A stretch of DNA of 37,290 nucleotides from Campylobacterota bacterium. Its GTDB lineage: Bacteria; Campylobacterota; Campylobacteria; Campylobacterales; Sulfurimonadaceae. The notes beneath the pieces are model-generated. The model did no database searches, was not told the origin of the DNA, and saw only the letters and a list, made by a program, of their open reading frames with translations. Positions 11,932 through 22,693 of the stretch are shown piece after piece (positions within the stretch are counted from its first letter, which is position 1; every line of letters starts with the position of its first letter). The DNA is taken from the NCBI GenBank assembly GCA_034661055.1, contig JAYEKO010000064.1:1-37290 (forward strand), read 5' to 3'. Both the position numbers and the translations under genes were made by a program.

Positions 11932-13260
11932 ATGGTTGAACGTTATGCGCGAAAAGAGATGAGTGAAAAATGGACTCAACATGCAAGATATGCAGCTTGG
12001 CTTGAAGTTGAAAAAGCAGCTGTTAAAGCTTGGAATAGATTAGGGCTTATTCCAGATGAAGATTGTGAAAAGATTGTTAAGAATGCTACATTTTCGGTTG
12101 AAAGAATTGAAGAGATTGAAGCAGTTACAAAACATGACCTTATTGCTTTTAATACTAGCGTTAGTGAAAGTCTTGGTGAAGAGTCAAGGTGGTTCCATTA
12201 CGGTATGACTTCTTCAGATGCAGTTGATACTGGTGTGGCCATTCAGATGAAAGCATCACTTGAAATTGTTATTGATGATGTCAAAATGCTTATGGCGTCA
12301 ATTAAAAAAAGAGCAGAGGAACACAAGCTTACATTGATGGTTGGTAGAAGCCACGGTATTCATGGCGAACCTATTACATTTGGTTTGACATTAGCAGTTT
12401 GGTATGATGAGATGGCGCGTCATTTAGAGAACCTAGAACAGACAATGGATGTTATAGCAGTGGGTCAAATCTCCGGTGCAATGGGTAACTTTGCTCATGC
12501 ACCTTTAGAGCTAGAAGAGTATGCAATGCAAGAGCTAGGTCTAAAACCTGAACCGTGTTCAAATCAAGTTGTTCATAGAGATAGATATGCAAGACTAGCA
12601 ACAGCTCTAGCACTTATGGCTTCTAGTGTTGAAAAATTTGCTGTACAGGTGAGGCACTTACAAAGAACAGAAGTTTACGAAGCAGAAGAGTTTTTTGCTA
12701 AAGGGCAGAAAGGCTCATCAGCTATGCCGCATAAACGTAATCCAATCCTAACTGAAAATATAACTGGTTTGGCACGTATGATTAGAGCCTACGCAAACCC
12801 TGCAATGGAAAACATGGCGTTATGGCATGAACGTGATATTTCACACAGTTCTACTGAGCGCTTTTGGTTACCAGATGCATTCATAACTACAGATTTTATG
12901 CTTCACCGTATGAATAACGTTATTGCTAACTTAACCGTTATGCCAGAGAACATGATGAAGAATTTAAACTTAACAGGTGGTTTGGTTTTCTCACAGCGTG
13001 TTTTACTTGAGCTTCCAATTCAAGGCGTATCTCGTGAAGATGCATACCGTATTGTTCAACGTAACGCTATGAAAGTATGGGAAGAGATAGGGCAGGGTAA
13101 GCCTACTTTAAATGATAAAGGGGAGTCTCTCTATCTTAACCATTTGTTAGCAGATGATGAGTTAAGAGAAAAGCTTTCAGAAGAGCAGATTCGAGAGTGT
13201 TTTAATTATGAGTACTATACGAAAAATGTTGATAAAATATTTCAAAGAGTCTTTAAATAA
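11932..13260 (+). CDS. purB: Adenylosuccinate lyase
   Basis: HYGMTSSD, GRSHGIHGEP, GSSAMPHKRNP signature, HERDISHSS; ATG at 11932 follows AGGAG. Confidence 0.97.
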   Translation: MVERYARKEMSEKWTQHARYAAWLEVEKAAVKAWNRLGLIPDEDCEKIVKNATFSVERIEEIEAVTKHDLIAFNTSVSESLGEESRWFHYGMTSSDAVDTGVAIQMKASLEIVIDDVKMLMASIKKRAEEHKLTLMVGRSHGIHGEPITFGLTLAVWYDEMARHLENLEQTMDVIAVGQISGAMGNFAHAPLELEEYAMQELGLKPEPCSNQVVHRDRYARLATALALMASSVEKFAVQVRHLQRTEVYEAEEFFAKGQKGSSAMPHKRNPILTENITGLARMIRAYANPAMENMALWHERDISHSSTERFWLPDAFITTDFMLHRMNNVIANLTVMPENMMKNLNLTGGLVFSQRVLLELPIQGVSREDAYRIVQRNAMKVWEEIGQGKPTLNDKGESLYLNHLLADDELREKLSEEQIRECFNYEYYTKNVDKIFQRVFK

Positions 13261-13297
13261 AAATGATACAATACACACATCAAGGTAAGGATAATTA

Positions 13298-15664
13298 ATG
13301 GTCACAATTATTAAGCGTAATGGGCGACGCGAACAGTTAGATATTTCTAAAATTCAGAAGTACACATCAGCAGCAGTAAAAGGCTTAGAGAATGTTAGTC
13401 AAAGTGAATTAGAAGTAGATGCGCAACTTCAATTTCGTGACGGTATTACAAGTAGAGAGATTCAGATAACACTAATCAAAACGGCTGTAGATAAAATAGA
13501 CATCGATGCACCAAACTGGACTTTTGTAGCATCACGTCTTTTTCTATATGATCTCTATCATCAAGTTAATGGCTTTACAGGTTACTGTTCATTAGAGAAA
13601 TACTTTGAGCGAGGTGAAAAAGAGGGTCGAATTCTTCTAGGGCTGAAAGAGAAATTTGATTTAAATGAACTTGAAAAGCATATTGTTCCTGAACGAGATT
13701 TACAGTTTAATTATTTAGGTGTTAAAACACTTTATGACCGCTACCTTATAAAAGACGGAAGTGCTAACCCAATTGAGTTACCGCAACATATGTTTATGGC
13801 AATTTCAATGTTCTTAGCACAGAATGAACAAAATCGTGAAGAGTGGGCAATTAAATTTTATAACATGATCTCAAAATTTGAAGTGATGTTAGCAACGCCT
13901 ACGCTCTCCAATGCTCGCACAACAAGACATCAACTAAGCTCATGTTACATCGGTTCAAGTCCAGACAACATTGAAGGTATCTTTGATTCATACAAAGAGA
14001 TGGCGCTACTATCTAAATTTGGTGGTGGAATTGGTTGGGACTGGACACAAGTGCGTTCTATGGGTTCATTTATTGATGGACATAAAAATGCAGCTGGCGG
14101 TACTGTTCCTTTTCTAAAAATTACTAACGATATTGCTATAGCAGTAGATCAACTTGGAACACGTAAGGGAGCTATTGCTGTCTATCTTGAGCCTTGGCAT
14201 ATAGATATTAATGACTTTTTAGATCTCAAGAAGAACTCGGGAGAAGAGAGACGACGTGCCCATGATCTTTTTCCATCACTTTGGATTAATGATCTGTTTA
14301 TGAAGAGAGTAGAAGAGGATGGATTATGGACACTTTTTGATCCATATCAGACTAAAGAGCTAACAACACTTTATGGTGAAGCTTTTGAAAAACGTTATAT
14401 AGAGTTTGAGAATGATGAGACAATTCTACAAGAGAGTATTAAAGCGAAAGATTTATGGAGAAAAATACTAACAAGTTATTTTGAATCAGGAAGTCCATTT
14501 TTATGCTTTAAAGATAATGCTAACCGTGCTAACCCAAATGACCATTATGGTGTTATACGAAGTTCAAATCTATGTACAGAAATTTTTCAAAATACATCAC
14601 CAAACCACTATAAAATAAAACTTAAATTTGAAGAGGGTGATTGCCTCTCATTTGAAGAAGATGAGTTAGTCAAGGTAGATAGTGGCATAACTAAAACAGC
14701 CAATAAAATAACAGCACTAGATTCAATTGGTGGCAGACAGATCTATATTGTAGAGAAAGAGAAAGTCAATGGTGAGACAGCAGTGTGTAATTTAGCGTCT
14801 GTAAACCTATCTCGAATTAACACGAAAGAAGATATTGATAGAATAGTACCTATTGCCATTCGTGCGTTAGACAATGTTATTGACCTAAATTTTTATCCAC
14901 TTGAAAAAGTAAAACGTACTAACATGAAAAGTCGTGCAATCGGCTTAGGTGTTATGGGTGAGGCGCAGATGTTAGCAGAAGCTAAAATTGCTTGGGGATC
15001 ACAAGAGCACTTTGATAAAGTTGATGAAGTTATGGAAGCTGTTAGTTATAACGCTATTAAAGCATCTTCAGATACTGCGCTTGAAAAAGGATCATATCCA
15101 GAATTTGATGGTTCAAAATGGAGTAAGGGTATCTTGCCAATGGATCATGTCGGAGCAGATGTTATTAATCTAGTTGACCGCGGCGGACTATTTGCTTCTG
15201 CATACGATTGGGATGAGTTACGCGCTAAAATTAAAAAAGATGGAATGCGTAACGGCTATTTAATGGCTATTGCACCAACTAGCTCTATCTCTATTTTAAC
15301 AGGTACCACACAGACTATTGAGCCGGTATATAAAAGAAAATGGTCAGAAGAGAACCTAAGCGGTCTTATTCCAGTTGTTGTTCCAAAGCTGAGTCCAGAG
15401 ACATGGAGCTATTACACACCAGCATATGATTTAGACCAGCGTCTTCTAATTAAAGCAGGGGCAATCCGTCAAAAGTGGATTGATCAAGGACAGAGTCTAA
15501 ATATTTTTATTACGCTAGATAAAGCAAGTGGAAAATACTTAAATGATATTTACATGTTAGCATGGAAGCTTGGTGTGAAATCAACATACTATCTAAGAAG
15601 TGAATCTCCAGAAGCGGTTGCTGATGTTCAAGATCGTTCAATGGAGTGTGTTGGTTGTCAATAA
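13298..15664 (+). CDS. nrdA: Class Ia ribonucleotide reductase alpha subunit
   Basis: N-terminal ATP cone (IIKRNG), ATPTL, QLSSCY, SNLCTEI, VCNLAS, APT, STYYLR, C-terminal CVGCQ. Confidence 0.96.
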   Translation: MVTIIKRNGRREQLDISKIQKYTSAAVKGLENVSQSELEVDAQLQFRDGITSREIQITLIKTAVDKIDIDAPNWTFVASRLFLYDLYHQVNGFTGYCSLEKYFERGEKEGRILLGLKEKFDLNELEKHIVPERDLQFNYLGVKTLYDRYLIKDGSANPIELPQHMFMAISMFLAQNEQNREEWAIKFYNMISKFEVMLATPTLSNARTTRHQLSSCYIGSSPDNIEGIFDSYKEMALLSKFGGGIGWDWTQVRSMGSFIDGHKNAAGGTVPFLKITNDIAIAVDQLGTRKGAIAVYLEPWHIDINDFLDLKKNSGEERRRAHDLFPSLWINDLFMKRVEEDGLWTLFDPYQTKELTTLYGEAFEKRYIEFENDETILQESIKAKDLWRKILTSYFESGSPFLCFKDNANRANPNDHYGVIRSSNLCTEIFQNTSPNHYKIKLKFEEGDCLSFEEDELVKVDSGITKTANKITALDSIGGRQIYIVEKEKVNGETAVCNLASVNLSRINTKEDIDRIVPIAIRALDNVIDLNFYPLEKVKRTNMKSRAIGLGVMGEAQMLAEAKIAWGSQEHFDKVDEVMEAVSYNAIKASSDTALEKGSYPEFDGSKWSKGILPMDHVGADVINLVDRGGLFASAYDWDELRAKIKKDGMRNGYLMAIAPTSSISILTGTTQTIEPVYKRKWSEENLSGLIPVVVPKLSPETWSYYTPAYDLDQRLLIKAGAIRQKWIDQGQSLNIFITLDKASGKYLNDIYMLAWKLGVKSTYYLRSESPEAVADVQDRSMECVGCQ

Positions 15665-15665
15665 A

Positions 15666-16040
15666 ATGAAGCCATTAACAAAATTGAGCTCTAGGGCGCT
15701 TCTAGAGCGCTTTGACGCTGCAAGAGACTCAGAGGTTAGGGAAATTAAAACAATAGGCCCTACGAGCTTTAAAATTGAACTGTCAGTTCAAGACTCTAAT
15801 CGTGGTTACGACTGGATTAACATTGCATTTGAGATAGATGGCGTAACCGATGCTCTTTTAGTAGAGGATACTAAGCTAAAGTTTTTAGATTTAAGCGAGG
15901 GAATTAGTATTGTGTTTGAAAACAACAAGGTTGGATTATCAAATTCAAACTGTGACTCATTATCTAAAACCGTTGAAAGCCAACTTTACCTAATTGGTGT
16001 TTCTATTAAATATGAAGAGTTGCCTTTTAGAGAGGCTTAG
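15666..16040 (+). CDS. Hypothetical protein (about 124 aa) coupled to nrdA
   Basis: ATG 1 nt after the nrdA stop (MKPLTKL...); protein-like composition; no motif recognised. Confidence 0.7.
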   Translation: MKPLTKLSSRALLERFDAARDSEVREIKTIGPTSFKIELSVQDSNRGYDWINIAFEIDGVTDALLVEDTKLKFLDLSEGISIVFENNKVGLSNSNCDSLSKTVESQLYLIGVSIKYEELPFREA

Positions 16041-16042
16041 AT

Positions 16043-16483
16043 TTAGAGGTGTTCTTTAAAGAGCTCTTGCACACAGGTGTCAATCATCTTATAAACTGTT
16101 TCAAAACCGTAGTACCCATCAAAAAAGAATGGGTCGGGTACGTCATCGTTATTAAATCCGAAATAACCTAATTTGTAGAGATTTTTTGCTCCCATTGCTT
16201 TTAAGTCAGCATAGTTCTTGTCGTCTAAAGCAATAATTAAATCAAATGTATTAATATCGTCCTGAGTAATTTTACGAGCGCGCAACATACTAATGTCAGT
16301 GTTATGCTCATTAGCTACACGAATAGAGTTTTCACAAGGTGCTTCACCTACATGCCAGTGACCAGTTCCGGCAGAATCTATTTTTACATGTAAATCATTC
16401 TCTTTAGCAATTTTATGAGCAATTCCTTCAGCAATTGGTGAACGACAGATATTCCCAAGACAGACAAAGATTACAGATTTAAT
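16043..16483 (-). CDS. Low-molecular-weight protein-tyrosine phosphatase, probable AUU start
   Basis: Frame is open 65 codons upstream of the listed ORF and encodes IKSVIFVCLGNICRSPIAEG...DSAGT...DVPDP. No ATG/GTG/TTG precedes the CLGNICRS motif; ATT at 16483 lies 6 nt after AAGGAG. Confidence 0.85.
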   Translation of the reverse strand: MKSVIFVCLGNICRSPIAEGIAHKIAKENDLHVKIDSAGTGHWHVGEAPCENSIRVANEHNTDISMLRARKITQDDINTFDLIIALDDKNYADLKAMGAKNLYKLGYFGFNNDDVPDPFFFDGYYGFETVYKMIDTCVQELFKEHL

Positions 16484-16493
16484 AGCATTCTCC

Positions 16494-17135
16494 TTATTTT
16501 TGTATGCCGTTTAAAACAGGAACAAATTTACAAGATTCAAGAGCGTCCTGCGTAAGTCTATTGCCTTGTTTGGTAAATCGGGTAATAATCTGCTCACCAT
16601 TTTTCTCCACAGGTGCAATGAGAATACCGCCCTCTTTGAGTTGATCTATAAGTTTTTGAGGAATCTGTTTTGCAGATGCAGAAAATAAAATCCTGTCATA
16701 TGGAGCGTACTGTATCCAGCCATTTTGACCATCATCAGTTCGAGTATGGATATTAGAGATTTTTAGCTCTCTAAAACGACTTTTAGCTTCTACAATAAGT
16801 GATTCAATTCGCTCAATAGTAAAGACACCGCGAAAAAGATGTGAAAGAACTGCCGCTTGATAGCCGCTACCACAGCCCACTTCTAAAACTCTGTCAGCAC
16901 CTGATGGTTGCAGGTACTGTGTCATCTTTGCTACGGTAAGAGGAGAACTTATCCACTGTTGTGCCCCTATTGGAAGCGCATCAAGCTTGTAGGCGTTATG
17001 TTTAAAGCCGGAGGGGACAAAGAGCTCTCTATTTGTAGAGGCAATAGCATTTTTTACATTGCTGGTTAAGGGAAAGACTTTGTGAATTTCGTCGGCAAGC
17101 TTTGCATTTTTCATAGCGACTATTCTATTAGTCAT
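16494..17135 (-). CDS. pcm: Protein-L-isoaspartate O-methyltransferase
   Basis: [43 protein letters not shown]. Confidence 0.95.
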   Translation of the reverse strand: MTNRIVAMKNAKLADEIHKVFPLTSNVKNAIASTNRELFVPSGFKHNAYKLDALPIGAQQWISSPLTVAKMTQYLQPSGADRVLEVGCGSGYQAAVLSHLFRGVFTIERIESLIVEAKSRFRELKISNIHTRTDDGQNGWIQYAPYDRILFSASAKQIPQKLIDQLKEGGILIAPVEKNGEQIITRFTKQGNRLTQDALESCKFVPVLNGIQK

Positions 17136-17862
17136 CAATACCTACTTGCATATAGCGTCGCATAGCTTTAATCTCTTTGTTGTCATAAGGCATTGTCTCT
17201 ATTTCACGCTCACCATTACGAATTTCATGTCCAAAAGGATTAATAATTCCACTTTTACCGGTAAAGTCATCATTAGATGAGTCACTGGCAATAACATAGC
17301 ACTGGTTCATAATAGCTAGTGCATTGGTAAGTGAAGAGAAATTCTGTGTTCTAAGAAGACCCCAGCGTGAAGGAACTGAGATAATATCAGCACCTTCAAG
17401 TTGTTGCCAAAGTTTTTTAAAGCGAAGTTCAAAACAGATCATGATGCCCATGTGAATACCATCAACTTCAAAGAGTACAATATCACTATCATTACCTGAT
17501 TCAAAGTAGCGATGTTCATCACCAAATTTAAAAAGATTGGCCTTGGGTTGATTGTATAGAACCTTGTTGTTGTGTAGTACCTTGGCTACATTAAAGATGC
17601 CATCAGAGCGTTTTTCTATGACAGTAAGAATTAAGACCCTGTTTTTTACATGTATTAATAGCTCTTTAATAGCTCCATTTGTAAAAGCAATCGCCTCCTG
17701 GAAGTTGTCATAGTCGTAATCGGTTAAACAGACTTCAGGTGCTACAATAATGTCATTGTCATCACATCTATTGATTAATTCAATAAGGTGTGCCAAGTTC
17801 TCTTTATAAGATGTCGTAGAAGCGAAGCGAAGTGAGACTAGATTTCTACTGCTAGAAGTCAT
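17128..17862 (-). CDS. Carbon-nitrogen hydrolase (nitrilase superfamily)
   Basis: E-K-C triad: [27 protein letters not shown]. Confidence 0.88.
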   Translation of the reverse strand: MTSSSRNLVSLRFASTTSYKENLAHLIELINRCDDNDIIVAPEVCLTDYDYDNFQEAIAFTNGAIKELLIHVKNRVLILTVIEKRSDGIFNVAKVLHNNKVLYNQPKANLFKFGDEHRYFESGNDSDIVLFEVDGIHMGIMICFELRFKKLWQQLEGADIISVPSRWGLLRTQNFSSLTNALAIMNQCYVIASDSSNDDFTGKSGIINPFGHEIRNGEREIETMPYDNKEIKAMRRYMQVGIDD

Positions 17863-18871
17863 CAAAGCTTAAGCTTCCTTTTGAGTAGTTCGTAACCGTT
17901 CCTTCAAAAAAGTTTGTTTTTTGATCATTAAACTTAGCAAACTCATCAACCCATTTAATAGGATGTTCTACATTGTAGATTGCTTCATACCCTACTGAAG
18001 TTAGACGGTCATCGGCAAGATATTTGATGTACTGCTCAACAATCTCATCAGTAAGACCAAGAATCTGACCTTGAGTAATATATTTACCCCAGTCACTCTC
18101 TAGCTTCACTGCCTGTTTGAACATATCATAAACCTCCTCTTTTAACTGCTCTGTAAAGAGGTCAGGACGCTCACGTTTGAGTGTGTTAATAAGGTTTTGA
18201 AAAAGTACAAGGTGTGTAACTTCATCACGCTGAATAAAACGGATCATCTGTGCAGAGCCTAGCATTTTTCCTGAACGTGCCAAGGTGTAGAGGTATGTGA
18301 AACCACTATAGAAGTAGATTCCCTCTAAAATTTGATTTGCAAAACATGCTTTGACAAAATTATGCTCTGTCGGATTAACCGCAAGCTCTTCATAGACCGC
18401 TGCAATAGCATCATTTTTTGCTTTTAGCATCATGTCACGACGCCACAGCTCATAGATCTCTTCAGAGTTTTGAGAAATACTGTCAACCATCACAGCATAA
18501 CTTTGCGAATGGAGTGCCTCTTCGTAAGATTGACGCACCAAGATGAGATTAATTTCAGGTGCTGTAACGTAAGGATTTACATTGTCAATAAGATTATTGG
18601 TCTGAAGCGAATCCATAAAAATTAGTTGTGACAGTGCTTTGTCATAAGCAGTCTTTTCACTTTCAGTGAGATTTTTATAGTCAATGACATCGCGGGTCAT
18701 ATCGACCTCTTTAGGAAACCATGTGTTATTTAACATCACTTCCCACAGGTTGTAAGCCCACTGATATTTAATATTGTTTAGTTCAAATATTCCGGTTGGA
18801 TTGCCACCAAAAATTGAGCGTTGGTTAACATCTTCTGTTGATTGGGGATTGTATATTTTCTTTCTGTCCAT
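17852..18871 (-). CDS. nrdB: Class Ia ribonucleotide reductase beta subunit
   Basis: Metal ligands and radical Tyr: [31 protein letters not shown]-terminal [10 protein letters not shown]. Confidence 0.95.
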   Translation of the reverse strand: MDRKKIYNPQSTEDVNQRSIFGGNPTGIFELNNIKYQWAYNLWEVMLNNTWFPKEVDMTRDVIDYKNLTESEKTAYDKALSQLIFMDSLQTNNLIDNVNPYVTAPEINLILVRQSYEEALHSQSYAVMVDSISQNSEEIYELWRRDMMLKAKNDAIAAVYEELAVNPTEHNFVKACFANQILEGIYFYSGFTYLYTLARSGKMLGSAQMIRFIQRDEVTHLVLFQNLINTLKRERPDLFTEQLKEEVYDMFKQAVKLESDWGKYITQGQILGLTDEIVEQYIKYLADDRLTSVGYEAIYNVEHPIKWVDEFAKFNDQKTNFFEGTVTNYSKGSLSFDDF

Positions 18872-18944
18872 GGAGTGTTCCTAAGATTTTATAAGTGAAT
18901 GATTTTACACAAATTGAGGTTTAAAAAAGATTAAAATAGGAATC

Positions 18945-19009
18945 ATTTTGAGATAAGGGCCCGATAGTAAGTTGAGGCCAGTCAGCTCGAAAACCCCTTA
19001 TCTAAAAAT
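18945..19009. other. Long stem-loop in the nrdB / DUF748 divergent intergenic region (candidate sRNA or repeat)
   Basis: ATTTTGAGATAAGGG (18945-18959) pairs with CCCTTATCTAAAAAT (18995-19009), 1 mismatch; inner CGA/TCG and GTTGA/TCAGC stems. Confidence 0.45.
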
Positions 19010-19093
19010 AGTATAGGTAAATTAAATGTGAAAAAAGTGTAGAGACAATAAATTTAGATAAAATATACACAATTAAACATATTGGAGTCTATT

Positions 19094-22000
19094 ATGAAAG
19101 CTGTTTTGAAATGGGTGGCACTGTTTTTGTTCTTAGTGTATGGGATTGTAGGCTTTATTGTAGTTCCTCATATTATTGAGCAAGAGGCTCCAAAAATAGT
19201 ACATAAGCAGACACAAGGGCATCTCTCATTGGGGAGAGTCTCTTTTAACCCTTTCTCTTTTGAATTCACTCTTAATAATCTCTATTTTACACCACCTGAC
19301 AGCTCGAAGTTTACTCAGTTTAAGCAGCTTAGTGTTAATTTTGAACTCTACTCCCTTCTTGTGGGTAAAATTCATTTTGCCCACATTAAATTAATTAAAC
19401 CAGATATTAATCTTGTCTATTCAAAAGAGGAACTTTTTAATTTTGACTGGCTACGCCATTTAGAATCAGAATCATCGACAACAAACAGTGAAAAAACTGA
19501 GATGCCTGCCATTAAAATTGATCTTTTAGCAATAGAAGAGGGGCGTGTAAGCTATGCAGACCACAGTAAAGAGCAGCTTTTTGAGGTGGCAATTAAGCCG
19601 ATAGATTTTAGTTTAAAAGAGATAGATACTAGTAAAAATAATAACTCTGATGATACTATTCGGCTCTTGGCGCATTTAGAAGATGGAGGTTTCTTAGATC
19701 TTCATAGTGAGATTGTCTCAACAGAGCCTTTTGCTCTGCAGGGAACATTAGACTTTGAATCGGGCAAAATATTTACGGGCTGGAGCTATATGCAAGAGCA
19801 GTTAAATCTTGAAGTTGCTGATGGAAAGCTAAAAGCTCATGCTCACTATAATATTGATACGGCTAATCTTGATGCGATGCGTATTGATGACCTTAGTTTC
19901 TCTCTAGATAGATTGCGTGTAATTCCAAAAGATGCCCATCACGATATTTTAAATATTCATAATATTGCATTGGATGATGGTTTTGCAGAACCAATGCAGC
20001 AAAAAGTCCGACTAAATAATTTACATGTAAATGATGTAAATGTAAATGTTTTACGTGATACCAAAGGTCGCATTGATTGGCAGCGTTATGCCGCCATAAT
20101 AGAAAAAAATAACAGTAACAATGAGATTAATACAACAGTGGCAGAGACAAATGGTACCAAGCCTTGGGATGTACTGCTTAAACAGTTTGCACTCAATAAC
20201 TTAAAAGTAACATTTAAAGATGAAGCTGTTGTTCCTGTTACGACAACAACATTGACACGACTTGATTTCAGAGCTGATCACATTAGCTCTAAACCACAAA
20301 CACCACTAAAGTACGCAGTAGATATGAAAATAAATGAGAGTATGGACTGTAACGGCTCTGGAAACTTAATGCACTCAAAATTACATGTAAAAGGTGACTT
20401 TGGCTGTAGCGGCATTAATCTTAGCTGGGCAAACCCTTATGTAGATGACGCTGTAAAAAGTTCTCTAAAAAAATATGATCTCTATGTTGCTTCGGGTATT
20501 AGTGATTTTAATGTGAATTATATTGTAGATGAGAATGAGAGTGTCAATATAGTTTTAGATAAAAGTAATGTCAATATTGATGCTTTTGTGTTAAAACAAA
20601 AACGTACCAATTACAAAATATTTTCCATTAAGAGTTTTAGTATTGGTGATATTGCTGCCAGCACCCTCAAGCAAGAGGCTAGCATTAAAGAGGTAGCTAT
20701 TGGTTCTCCTTATGTTTATGCTTCACTAGATAACAATAAAGTACTCAACTGGAATCGCTATATAGTTGCTAAAGAGAGTAGTGAACCTGAGGCTAAAGAA
20801 ACTACAAAAAGTAGTTCCACGTGGCACCTTTTACTTAATACCTTTAAATTGAAAAATGGTTTTGTACATTTTAATGACTACGGCTTTGGTAAGAAAGCAG
20901 TTCCTACTAAGTTGAGCTCTATCTACCTTAGTGCCAATGGCGTTGATTCAAAAAAGAGAAGTTCTTTGAATTATAGTGCTTCGATGCGATTAAACAAAAA
21001 AGGAAAAATCAAAGCACAAGGAGAGGTGCGACATACTCCACTACAACATAAGGGAACTCTTAGCATTAATGAGATTCAACTTCAGGACTTTAGCCCCTAT
21101 GTCAGCAGAGATCATCATGTTGATTTAAAACGTGGCGCACTCTCTCTTAAAAGTGCTATTGAGTATGGAGCATCTAAGAAAAAACCGGATTTACATGTAA
21201 AAGGAACTGTTGATATTAAAGACTTTGTTCTTGAAAATTCTCAAGATGATTCGGTTCTGTTGGCATGGAGTCATATTGGTGCTACACCATTTATTTTTGA
21301 GCAAAATCCTAATAAACTTTTTGTTAAAGAGGTAGAGGTGAACGGGTTGTATGCCAATGCAATTATAGATGCCAATAAAACAATGAATTTTGCTAAGTTG
21401 AGCAAGCATGTAAAACCTGTTGATGAGAATGCTACTAACGCAGAGCCAAAAGCTAAGACTGAAGCATTTCCTATGCAGATTGTAAAAGTAACACTCAAAG
21501 AGAGTAGTGCAAATTTTATTGATTACTCTCTGCCACTTGTTTTTGATGCTTATATTCACGATTTTAATGGGCATATCTACGGAATATCTTCAGATAAAAA
21601 TGAGACAAGCATCATAGAACTTGATGGTGTTGTCAATAAATATGGTGCTGCAAAATTAAAAGGAAGTCTCAATACCGCTGCTATTGAGAAGTTTACTGAC
21701 ATTAACTTAGCCTTTAGAAATATTGACTTAGTCAATATGAGTCCTTACTCAGGTAAGTTTATTGGTCAGCGTATTAGTAATGGAAAACTCTTTTTAGATC
21801 TAAATTACGATATTGTAGATTCACAAATGCTAGGAGAGAATAGTATTATTGTTAAAAAACTGGAGTTGGGAGAAGAGGTTGAGAGCCCCGATGCGGTTGA
21901 CCTTCCTTTAGGTCTTGCTATTGCACTCCTTGAAGATTCGGAGGGAGTCATTGACCTTGAGCTTCCCGTAAGTGGTGATATGAATAGTCCGGAATTCTCT

Positions 22001-22660
22001 TATGGACATATTGTATTTCAAGCCTTTTTTAATCTTATAACCAAAGCTATAACAGCACCGTTTGCACTGTTGGGCTCCATGCTTGGAGTTGATGGAGATG
22101 CACTAGAGTATGTCGAATTTGAACCAGGCAATACTCTTATTTTACCTCCAGAACAAGAGAAGCTAGACAAGCTGAGCAAGGCACTACTTAAGCGTCCAAA
22201 GCTTAAGTTGGCGATAGATGGTAGTTTTAATGAGCAGTATGACACTTTAGCCCTAAAAGAGGCAAAACTTTTGGAAATTGCCATAGAAAAAGCAAAAAAA
22301 GAGGGAGAGCTATTTGAAGGAGAGACACGTGAAGAGATGCTTGAAGATCTCTATGAAGAGATTGTTGGAGTCAAGCCATTAAAAGCATTAAAAAAACGCC
22401 TAATAGAGCAGTTCAAAGAGCGTAAAGATGCCTTTATTAAAGCATATGATGCACAGATGATAGCAGACCTTAGCAGTGCACAAGTAGTGACACTAGAAGA
22501 GCTCTCTGCTTTAGCACAAGAACGTGCAGAGACTGTTAAGAGATATCTTACAAAAGAGAAGAACATAGAAGAGAGTCGTGTCAAGGTTGGCGAAGTAATG
22601 GCTGAAAATGAGAGTAAAGGAAAATGGGTCAAAACCAAGATGGAGCTGGTGGTAGAGTAG
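19094..22660 (+). CDS. DUF748-domain (AsmA-like) envelope protein with OmpA-like C-terminal region
   Basis: N-terminal TM anchor, SFNPF, repeated beta-rich units (F.D...P, FSPY), LPLGLAIALLEDSEGVIDLELPVSGD, LAQERAETVKRYL. ATG 19094 follows GGAG. Confidence 0.8.
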   Translation: MKAVLKWVALFLFLVYGIVGFIVVPHIIEQEAPKIVHKQTQGHLSLGRVSFNPFSFEFTLNNLYFTPPDSSKFTQFKQLSVNFELYSLLVGKIHFAHIKLIKPDINLVYSKEELFNFDWLRHLESESSTTNSEKTEMPAIKIDLLAIEEGRVSYADHSKEQLFEVAIKPIDFSLKEIDTSKNNNSDDTIRLLAHLEDGGFLDLHSEIVSTEPFALQGTLDFESGKIFTGWSYMQEQLNLEVADGKLKAHAHYNIDTANLDAMRIDDLSFSLDRLRVIPKDAHHDILNIHNIALDDGFAEPMQQKVRLNNLHVNDVNVNVLRDTKGRIDWQRYAAIIEKNNSNNEINTTVAETNGTKPWDVLLKQFALNNLKVTFKDEAVVPVTTTTLTRLDFRADHISSKPQTPLKYAVDMKINESMDCNGSGNLMHSKLHVKGDFGCSGINLSWANPYVDDAVKSSLKKYDLYVASGISDFNVNYIVDENESVNIVLDKSNVNIDAFVLKQKRTNYKIFSIKSFSIGDIAASTLKQEASIKEVAIGSPYVYASLDNNKVLNWNRYIVAKESSEPEAKETTKSSSTWHLLLNTFKLKNGFVHFNDYGFGKKAVPTKLSSIYLSANGVDSKKRSSLNYSASMRLNKKGKIKAQGEVRHTPLQHKGTLSINEIQLQDFSPYVSRDHHVDLKRGALSLKSAIEYGASKKKPDLHVKGTVDIKDFVLENSQDDSVLLAWSHIGATPFIFEQNPNKLFVKEVEVNGLYANAIIDANKTMNFAKLSKHVKPVDENATNAEPKAKTEAFPMQIVKVTLKESSANFIDYSLPLVFDAYIHDFNGHIYGISSDKNETSIIELDGVVNKYGAAKLKGSLNTAAIEKFTDINLAFRNIDLVNMSPYSGKFIGQRISNGKLFLDLNYDIVDSQMLGENSIIVKKLELGEEVESPDAVDLPLGLAIALLEDSEGVIDLELPVSGDMNSPEFSYGHIVFQAFFNLITKAITAPFALLGSMLGVDGDALEYVEFEPGNTLILPPEQEKLDKLSKALLKRPKLKLAIDGSFNEQYDTLALKEAKLLEIAIEKAKKEGELFEGETREEMLEDLYEEIVGVKPLKALKKRLIEQFKERKDAFIKAYDAQMIADLSSAQVVTLEELSALAQERAETVKRYLTKEKNIEESRVKVGEVMAENESKGKWVKTKMELVVE

Positions 22661-22693
22661 TGTTTTGATTAGATTTAGGTATAATTTTCAATA

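Noticed and set aside
14590..14780. Extra segment in NrdA between NLCTEI and VCNLAS, considered as an intein
   Set aside because: Only about 50 aa, no intein terminal residues (His-Asn) or endonuclease motifs; looks like a lineage-specific loop.
20814..20827. GTTCCACGTGGCAC parS-like sequence in the DUF748 gene
   Set aside because: One arm is mismatched and the flanks are poor; cannot be separated from chance without ParB data.
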